64,000 nt of DNA from Actinomycetes bacterium (GTDB lineage: Bacteria > Planctomycetota > Phycisphaerae > JAACET01), in contig JAUXAG010000011.1 of the NCBI GenBank assembly GCA_030614915.1, positions 26,516 through 90,515 of the forward strand, read 5' to 3'. Positions within the stretch are counted from its first letter, which is position 1. Each line of letters starts with the position of its first letter. The notes below the pieces were generated by a model. The model worked only from the letters and a program-made list of their open reading frames with translations. It was not told the DNA's origin and ran no database searches. Made by a program: the position numbers and the translations under genes. Below are positions 58,124 through 64,000 of the stretch, in pieces.

Positions 58124-58185
58124 CTCAGGCTCGGCCCGTGGAAGGCGAAGCTGGCGGGGGGTAGAATGTAGGGCGTGGCACAGTT
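58124..58185. repeat. Left imperfect direct repeat flanking the lower-GC islet (core AGGCGAAGSTGGCGGGG..TAGAAT.TAG)
   Basis: ctcaggctcggcccgtggaaggcgaagctggcggggggtagaatgtagggcgtggcacag pairs with ctcaggccccctggcaggcgaaggtggcggggcatagaatctagccctacagacacc at 60353-60407. Confidence 0.45.
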
Positions 58186-58244
58186 ATAGTGCTGGCTGAG
58201 CTTGGTACATAAAATGGGGGACAGGTCAATACGGAGAATAGATT

Positions 58245-58751
58245 ATGGTATTTGCAAAGAACAGATCGAGGAAAGCAAAATGGGTAATTGTTCCGGTCAC
58301 TGTTCTGGTATTTGTTCTGTTTGTTGGGGTGGGGCTGGGTTTGGTGCATTATATTGGCCATCGGGGCCTTCGCGAGATGAACAGCCTGGGTGGCATGACA
58401 TGTGCCATTGGCGCCTATATTTGCACGCACGAAGGTGCCTTTCCCGGGTCTTTTCAGGATCTGGTGGACTCAGATATAGTCAGGCCCAAAGGTGAAGGCT
58501 GGTTCTATGCGTGGAAAGGGGCAATGGTAAATTTGCCTGACTTAGATGCGCACTATTATGATGGACCGCGATTTCGGCCTGAGAATATAATTGTGGCGTG
58601 GGGATACGAATACCGTGAAGCGGATACCATGCCGCTTGTGATCCATAAGAAAATTCGTGTCACAGGTGAGGGGATGGCGATGACTAGTACAAAAAGGTTG
58701 CGTAGCTTTATGAAGCAATATAGGAAAGATAAAAAGCTTCGGCCAGAATAG
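58245..58751 (+). CDS. Small N-terminally membrane-anchored protein (168 aa), copy 1 of a tandem pair
   Basis: Basic N-terminus + TM (KWVIVPVTVLVFVLFVGVGLGLV), then soluble domain. About 85% identical to 58990..59499. No family recognised. Confidence 0.6.
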   Translation: MVFAKNRSRKAKWVIVPVTVLVFVLFVGVGLGLVHYIGHRGLREMNSLGGMTCAIGAYICTHEGAFPGSFQDLVDSDIVRPKGEGWFYAWKGAMVNLPDLDAHYYDGPRFRPENIIVAWGYEYREADTMPLVIHKKIRVTGEGMAMTSTKRLRSFMKQYRKDKKLRPE

Positions 58752-58989
58752 GCTATTACTTCCTGCGCTGGTGCACAGCGGTGAGCGAACCTGCACTCTA
58801 CATGTTCGAAATGCAGGCAAGTTAGTTGGCCCATTTGATTTCAACACTATGAGTGGTGTAGTGGGCCTGGTGAATCTCGACAGAGCTAATCCTCCATGGT
58901 ATATTCTTAAGGTCCAGGATTGCTGGTGGTATGTACGAAAGGTAAAAAGCTATATAAAAGATTCTGGACCCTACTACGGAAAATAGATT

Positions 58990-59499
58990 ATGGCACTTGC
59001 AAAGAACAGATCGAGGAAAGCAAAATGGGTAATTGTTCCGGTCACTGTTCTGGTATTTGTTCTGTTTGTTTGGGTGTGTCTGGGTTTGGTGCATTATTGT
59101 GGCCATTGGGGCTTTCGCGAGTCCCAAGGCATGATTGGTATGACAAATGCAATTGGCGTCTATATTTGCACGCACGAAGGTGCCTTTCCCGGGTCTTTTC
59201 AGGATCTGGTGGACTCAGATATAGTCAGGCCCAAAGGCGAAGGCTGGTTCTATACGTGGCGAGGCGCAATGGGAAATTTGCCTGAAGCACATGGGCACTG
59301 GCTCTCTGATGGACCGCGATTTCGGCCTGAAAATATGATTGTGGCGTGGGGATACGAATACCGTGAAGCGGATACCATGCCGCTTATGATCCATAAGAAA
59401 ATTCGTGTCACAGGTGAGGGGATGGCGATGACTAGTACAAAAATGTTGCGTCGCTATATGAAGCAATATAAGAAAAATAAAAAGCTTCGGCCAGAATAG
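58990..59499 (+). CDS. Small membrane-anchored protein (169 aa), copy 2 of the tandem pair
   Basis: About 85% identical to copy 1. Confidence 0.6.
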   Translation: MALAKNRSRKAKWVIVPVTVLVFVLFVWVCLGLVHYCGHWGFRESQGMIGMTNAIGVYICTHEGAFPGSFQDLVDSDIVRPKGEGWFYTWRGAMGNLPEAHGHWLSDGPRFRPENMIVAWGYEYREADTMPLMIHKKIRVTGEGMAMTSTKMLRRYMKQYKKNKKLRPE

Positions 59500-59640
59500 A
59501 CCATTACTTGCTGTGCTGGTGCACAGCGGCGAGCGAACCTGCACTCTACATGTTCGAAATGCAGGCAAGGCTTAGTGGTTCATGACACTAGATTCTTGAA
59601 TAGACGGAACTCTGCCTAACGCACTGACATAGAGAGGATT

Positions 59641-60216
59641 ATGCCGATAGAAGTCACAAATTTCAAAAGTCATGAACCACTAATCAGGGATGATAATATG
59701 AGCGAACAAGGTCGTCCTATGCGCGTAACCCTTATCGGCCTGGCCTGGGTCATTCTTGGCGGGGTCATGTGTTTTACCGCACTCCGAGCTCTCCTTCTCT
59801 CCGCTTTGACTCAATCACAGGCACGGACTTATTGGGGAATATCAGAAGTCTTCGAGTTCGTCCCCGCGTTCCTTCCGTTTCGGCTGGCCAGTGGTTTTGG
59901 TTTCTCCCCTGTGCTCCTTCCGATTCAGCTGGGCATTGGTATCCTTGGCGTAAACTCCGGTGCCAATTTTCTGAAACTCAAGAAACGGGCCCGCAACGTT
60001 CTGGAAGTCTTGACGTGGCTACTTCTCATTTTCGTCGTCGCTCATAGTATCTTTTGGACCTCTAGCTACTTGTCCGATATTCCGCGATACGAATCTCCGG
60101 TATTCGCTGTCATGGGCATAGTTATGGGTCTATTGGGCATTGTAATCTATGGAGTCCCCCTTGGAATCATGGTTATGTACCTAAGGGGGAATAAAGTCCG
60201 GGACGCAATGCAATGA
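59641..60216 (+). CDS. Hypothetical 4-TM membrane protein on the lower-GC islet
   Basis: Four hydrophobic helices; start could instead be MSEQGRPM at 59698. Confidence 0.5.
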   Translation: MPIEVTNFKSHEPLIRDDNMSEQGRPMRVTLIGLAWVILGGVMCFTALRALLLSALTQSQARTYWGISEVFEFVPAFLPFRLASGFGFSPVLLPIQLGIGILGVNSGANFLKLKKRARNVLEVLTWLLLIFVVAHSIFWTSSYLSDIPRYESPVFAVMGIVMGLLGIVIYGVPLGIMVMYLRGNKVRDAMQ

Positions 60217-60352
60217 TCGGCTATGCTGGATTAACGGGCGGACAAGCCTCTTGAGAGTAAGGGTTTTAGAGAATTAGGTTCATAAATATATTCTTGCGGA
60301 AGAAGAAACAATGTCTTTTTCTCCCGCCAAAAAAACAGCCCTCCCCCACTGT

Positions 60353-60407
60353 CTCAGGCCCCCTGGCAGGCGAAGGTGGCGGGGCATAGAATCTAGCCCT
60401 ACAGACA
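60353..60407. repeat. Right imperfect direct repeat flanking the lower-GC islet
   Basis: See the left repeat at 58124-58185. Confidence 0.45.
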
Positions 60408-60427
60408 CCATCTAGCTTTTGTGAGTT

Positions 60428-61156
60428 TTAGCTGGTTTTTTCTTGGGCGTTTTCTTCGGCAGTGTCGCAGGGACCGTCATCCTCAGCCGCGAGAATCTCT
60501 TCAGTCGGCTCGTCCTCTTTGGGCGCACTTTCTGTTTGTGGACGAAGCTCCGCGACCTTGGGCAAATCCAGCAGGCTGTTGAGCCCAAAAACCTCCAGGA
60601 ATTTTCGCGTCGTGCTGTAGAGCAACGGTCTGCCAAGCTCCTGGGCTCGGCCGACGATCTTGACCAACCCTTTTTCCATCAGGTTGCGCATCATGTCGCC
60701 CGCGGCCACTCCGCGGATGGCCTCCACCGTTACCCGCATGACCGGCTGCTTGTAAGCCACGATGGCCAGCGTCTCCAGCGCAGCCTGTGAGAGCTTGCTT
60801 TCCTGCCGGGTTCGTAGCAGCTGTTTGAGCCAATCGTTGTATTCCGGCAGAGTTAGCATTACATACCCCCCGGCGATTTGCTCGATGTGATAAGCCGAGC
60901 CTCGCTTACTGTACTCGCTGTTGAGTTCCTCGATCAGCTTGCGGACTTGCTTCGCATTACCCGCACCGGCTACCTTGGCGATCTTGGAAGCCTCCAACGG
61001 CTCATCGCTGGCAAAGAGGATCGCTTCAACCACCGATCGCAGCGTTATTTCCTGCTGCAGATCGTCGGCCACCAATTCGACCTCAGCCCGTTCAAGACCT
61101 GCTTCGGTTATGCCTTCTGTGCTCTGGTCCTGCTGTGTATCCTGTTCCTGACTCAT
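60428..61156 (-). CDS. scpB: Segregation and condensation protein B
   Basis: SVVEAILFASDEPL and LSQAALETLAIVAYKQPVMRVTVEAIRGV winged-helix ScpB signatures. Confidence 0.85.
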   Translation of the reverse strand: MSQEQDTQQDQSTEGITEAGLERAEVELVADDLQQEITLRSVVEAILFASDEPLEASKIAKVAGAGNAKQVRKLIEELNSEYSKRGSAYHIEQIAGGYVMLTLPEYNDWLKQLLRTRQESKLSQAALETLAIVAYKQPVMRVTVEAIRGVAAGDMMRNLMEKGLVKIVGRAQELGRPLLYSTTRKFLEVFGLNSLLDLPKVAELRPQTESAPKEDEPTEEILAAEDDGPCDTAEENAQEKTS

Positions 61157-61285
61157 ACCGTCTAGCTTACCCTTTCAGAGCTCTTTCGTCCACCACAAAT
61201 TCCATTTTTGAATTTCCACAGGATGCTACGCATTGATTTGTCATTTCCGAAGGACGCTTCGCGTTGATTTTTGCATTTTGCTCTT

Positions 61286-62572
61286 TTATTTACCTCGTGA
61301 TTTGGCCCGGGTGAGCCAATCAATCAAGGGCGTAAGAGTGTTCATCACCAGCAGGGCACTGTAGGCTCCCAGCGGAGCCATCGCCCAACCGCCGTATATC
61401 CGAGCCACGATGGTCAGTACACCGGCGCCCACGCCGAAGATAATCTGCCCGCCCAGTCGTATCGGCCGAGTCGCCATATCGCCTGCCAGGAAGAAGGCCG
61501 CCAGCATCAGTCCACCGCTGCACAGATGGAAGCTCACGTAACTCAGTCCCACAGCCAGCAGACGCCACCAATCGTCAAACCCGTTGGCCGCCCCGGCCCG
61601 GCTCATCCCCGACAACGCCGGAAGCCACACCAATTCACCGCTCGGGCCCACCGGCAAAGGCAGCACTGCTGCACTGACCGCCGCCGCTGCCAGGAAGCTC
61701 ACCGGCAATTGCCAGCGGACGTAGCCCCGGTAGATCAGAAAGAGCCCGCCCAGCAAGATAGCCACCACCGACGTCTCACCTAGGCCCCCTCCGGTGCAGC
61801 CGACCACGGCGTCGGCCAATGGCGGCAGGGCCAAATATACAACCTGTTCCACTGCCGATGGACCCGTCCCCGACGCGGAGTTTCTAATCTGTCCCTTGCC
61901 TAATTCCTGCAGTATCTGCACCGGGCGATACAACTGCCAGGCCTGGGCAGGCTCTACCGGAACTGAAACGCACCAGCCGCTGTAGTCGTTTGGCTGGAGT
62001 AGCTTACTGCGATCTTGGCCGAACTGATAAAATCGAGGCTCTTGATTCCTGGATAGATCTCCTACCAACAGAGCGTTATTGCTCAGCAGCAGATACTTTT
62101 CCCGGCGATCACCGCCCAGGTATTTATCTTTCCCAACCATCCCCACCTCAGCTTGAAACAGAAAATGCACCGCCAATATACCCACCAGTGCCGGATGCCA
62201 GATATAGTGCCCCATGCCTCCGAATATCCACTTGCCCAGCAGGCTGGCTATTATTGCTCCGAGCACCGCGATCCGCAGCATTAGCCCCATCTCGCTCATC
62301 ACCGGCAGGCTCAGCCCCAGCAGCAGCCCGGTCAACACCGCATGAGGCAGCGAGGCCGGATTGCGCGAACCGGCCAATCGACTCAGGGCCAAGTCTATAG
62401 CCACACAGGTTCCCACCGACCCAGCCAATACCATCAGGCTCGACCAGCCGAAAAACGCCGCACTCACTACCACCACCAGCCACAGGGTCCCCACCTGCGT
62501 CCAGACAATCCTCCGCCCGCTCTCGCCGCTGTAAAGATGCGGCCCGGATTTGATTTTCATTCTATTTCGCAA
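61286..62572 (-). CDS. rnfD: RnfD/NqrB-family membrane subunit of an ion-translocating oxidoreductase
   Basis: N-terminal SGPHLYSGESGRRIVW (cf. RnfD SSPH..S.....IM). C-terminal GGWAMAPLGAYSALLVMNTLTPLIDWLTR matches the RnfD C-terminus ([26 protein letters not shown]). Confidence 0.8.
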   Translation of the reverse strand: MRNRMKIKSGPHLYSGESGRRIVWTQVGTLWLVVVVSAAFFGWSSLMVLAGSVGTCVAIDLALSRLAGSRNPASLPHAVLTGLLLGLSLPVMSEMGLMLRIAVLGAIIASLLGKWIFGGMGHYIWHPALVGILAVHFLFQAEVGMVGKDKYLGGDRREKYLLLSNNALLVGDLSRNQEPRFYQFGQDRSKLLQPNDYSGWCVSVPVEPAQAWQLYRPVQILQELGKGQIRNSASGTGPSAVEQVVYLALPPLADAVVGCTGGGLGETSVVAILLGGLFLIYRGYVRWQLPVSFLAAAAVSAAVLPLPVGPSGELVWLPALSGMSRAGAANGFDDWWRLLAVGLSYVSFHLCSGGLMLAAFFLAGDMATRPIRLGGQIIFGVGAGVLTIVARIYGGWAMAPLGAYSALLVMNTLTPLIDWLTRAKSRGK

Positions 62573-62619
62573 TAACTTTCCGCCTCAAATATCAGGCTTA
62601 AGGCCTGAGGCTTGAGAAA

Positions 62620-62985
62620 TCAAGAAGCCAGCCCCGTATGTAGCGATTTTACAAGACCCGCCAGAACACGCGCAGTTTGCTCGTAAAGATTCTTGAGGTC
62701 CGAGTTCTTTTGCTGCGGGAGGTAGCTGAGCCGACCAGACAACTCGATGTAGTAGCCAAGCTCGCGCAGGGAACCAAAAGAAATGCTCAAGAAGTTGCGG
62801 TATTCTTTCAAGGTTTGCCGGGCACAACCTTCAACGATGTTGGCTGCCACGGAGACCGCCGCCCGTCGCATTTGAGAAGTCAAGCCGAATATTTCTTCGT
62901 TTGGAAAAGCTCGAGTGGCTTTATAAACCGCAAAGACCAGATCATTAGCCAGTTCAAAGGCCTTTAACTTCCTATGGTCTCTCAT
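62620..62985 (-). CDS. Four-helix-bundle protein (23S rRNA-intervening-sequence protein family, TIGR02436-like), inserted between rnfC and rnfD
   Basis: KLKAFELANDLVFAVYKATRAFPNEEIFGLTSQMRRAAVSVAANIVEG...SLRELGYYIELS is typical of this family. Confidence 0.75.
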   Translation of the reverse strand: MRDHRKLKAFELANDLVFAVYKATRAFPNEEIFGLTSQMRRAAVSVAANIVEGCARQTLKEYRNFLSISFGSLRELGYYIELSGRLSYLPQQKNSDLKNLYEQTARVLAGLVKSLHTGLAS

Positions 62986-63061
62986 AAAGGGTAATGCTAA
63001 GCGAATCCACAGGCAAACTCAAGCCTTAGGCCTTTCTGCCCCACGCCTCAAGCCTCAAGCC

Positions 63062-64000
63062 TCAAGCCTTTCTTCCTTCCTTCCTCAGGGACCACTTGCC
63101 CAGGCGTATCTTCTCCAGCAACGGCAAATGGCTCGGGCACACGTAGGAACACAGCCCACACTCGATGCAGTCTTCCAGGAAGGCCTTTTGGGCCTTGTCT
63201 ACTCGGCCCGCTTCGATTAGTTGGTAGAGCCTTGCCGGCTCGAGTTCTGCTGGGCAGTCGTCGCTGCACCACCCGCACCTGATACAGGCCACCGGGCGCT
63301 GTCTGTCGACCTTGCTGAGTATAGTCAATCCCGTAATGTTTTTGGTGATTACGCCCTGGGGTTTTTCTCTGCCCCAGCCTCTAAACGGTCCGCCCAGGAT
63401 ATACACAGACGCCTCCGGCAAAAGCCCCACATGCTCGGCGATATCCTGCACCCTGGTCCCGATTCGCACCCGATAGTTGCCTATTCGTTCAGTTCCGTCC
63501 CCGCTGACGGTGATGACCCGTTCGGTTAGTGGTTTTCCCTGGTACCAGGCCTGGCTCAGAGCCCAGACGGAACTGGCGTTTATGACCAGCACTCCCGCCT
63601 CGGCTGGATCGCTTCCGGCCCGCAGTCCGGCATTGGTCAAAGTGTTAGCCAAAAGTGCTTCTTCATCCTGCGGATATACATCCGCCAACGCTGCCAAGCG
63701 AAACCGTCCACCCTGCAGGGCCTTGCCCATCGCCCCCAAGGCCTGACGCCGACCGCCGCAAAGTGCTAGAATACCCCTGGGCCCGGCAGATTTTTCCCCC
63801 CCCCCGGCTAAAGCAAATACCTCTGCCAGAAGCTCACAGCCTTGGGCGATCTCACTGGAGCACTCGCTCATCAAGCGGCTTTCGCAGGTTATCAGAGGTT
63901 CGCTTTCTACACCGTTGATTATTACCCAGCGCAGTCCTGCCTTGGTGGCCTTGCGGACCTCTGCCACCAGCGAGCCGCCCCCCAACTGCATCTGGGTTAT
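63062..64000 (-). CDS. rnfC: RnfC-like electron-transport subunit; 5' end beyond the window
   Basis: Two 4Fe-4S ferredoxin motifs (CIRCGWCSDDCP, CIECGLCSYVCP) at the C-terminus. N-terminal part runs off the window end. Confidence 0.8.
   Translation of the reverse strand: MTQMQLGGGSLVAEVRKATKAGLRWVIINGVESEPLITCESRLMSECSSEIAQGCELLAEVFALAGGGEKSAGPRGILALCGGRRQALGAMGKALQGGRFRLAALADVYPQDEEALLANTLTNAGLRAGSDPAEAGVLVINASSVWALSQAWYQGKPLTERVITVSGDGTERIGNYRVRIGTRVQDIAEHVGLLPEASVYILGGPFRGWGREKPQGVITKNITGLTILSKVDRQRPVACIRCGWCSDDCPAELEPARLYQLIEAGRVDKAQKAFLEDCIECGLCSYVCPSHLPLLEKIRLGKWSLRKEGRKA

Larger units (their letters stand above)
58222..59575 (+). repeat. Recent tandem duplication (two ~605-bp copies, 745-bp period), each carrying one small-protein gene plus a downstream hairpin
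   Basis: Copy 1 spans 58222-58830 and copy 2 spans 58967-59575. Both include the 5' UTR (agattatggtatttgcaaagaacagatcgaggaaagcaaaatggg) and the hairpin cctgcactctacatgttcgaaatgcagg. Confidence 0.8.

Noticed and set aside
58760-58830. Hairpin cctgcactctacatgttcgaaatgcagg after each duplicated gene as an intrinsic terminator
   Set aside because: The stem is short (6 bp) with a 16-nt loop and no following U-tract. Kept only as part of the duplicated unit, not called as a terminator.
58771-58986. 71-aa ORF between the duplicated copies
   Set aside because: Present after copy 1 only, overlaps the hairpin, and lacks an SD. Likely spurious, though a small protein cannot be excluded.
58125-59175. 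Paralogous minus-strand ORFs 58125..58430 and 58822..59175 (MRANIGANGTCH... / MRANIDANCICH...)
   Set aside because: They are mirror images of the tandemly duplicated unit read on the opposite strand. Their similarity merely reflects the DNA duplication. The plus-strand membrane-anchored proteins with upstream UTR and downstream hairpin are the better gene models.

Overview
This 64 kb window is a high-GC (about 60% by eye) bacterial chromosomal segment, densely packed with housekeeping genes. I found no rRNA, tRNA or CRISPR array.

Recognised genes:
- Aminoacyl-tRNA synthetases: valS, ileS.
- Amino-acid biosynthesis: cimA/leuA-family synthase, argB, argD.
- Other metabolism and housekeeping: accB, accC, pepP-like M24 peptidase, rph, rdgB, murA, prmC, purN, scpB, a PPi/ATP phosphofructokinase, lolCDE-like ABC transporter genes.
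- Partial rnf cluster: rnfC and rnfD only.
- Signalling genes:
  - an FHA-GAF histidine kinase;
  - a zinc-ribbon-FHA-HEAT protein;
  - a three-gene c-di-GMP module (HAMP histidine kinase, response regulator-GGDEF, response regulator-GAF-HD-GYP).
- Envelope proteins: an AsmA/TamB-like giant protein, a polytopic membrane-TPR protein, a secreted metallophosphoesterase-CBM9 protein, a PEP-CTERM PD40-propeller repeat protein, and two tandem 605-aa polytopic membrane paralogues.

Most notable observations:
1. A ParA ATPase is fused to an AMPK-beta-like glycogen-binding domain (CBM48) and sits next to a Walker-A-less pseudo-ParA paralogue. This may be an undescribed cargo (glycogen?) positioning pair.
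2. Two lower-GC islets appear to be flanked by direct repeats.
   - One carries an orphan gene with a possible PD-(D/E)xK nuclease core.
   - The other carries a recent 745-bp tandem duplication of a small membrane-anchored protein gene, plus a 4-TM protein gene.
3. Intergenic regions are built from a reusable kit of short repeat modules: REP-like hairpins, palindromes, and 8-9-mer microsatellite-like modules. There is a 530-bp hotspot of these at 36950-37480.
4. The pfk gene appears frameshifted near its 3' end.
5. A 37-aa membrane-peptide ORF has a perfect Shine-Dalgarno sequence.
6. A tandem double NDK-like domain protein is present.
7. A 1546-aa zinc-ribbon-TM orphan giant protein is present.

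Taxonomic origin is not asserted. PEP-CTERM, MJ0042-type zinc ribbons, FHA domains and giant proteins are compatible with Planctomycetota/Myxococcota-like lineages, but this is speculation.
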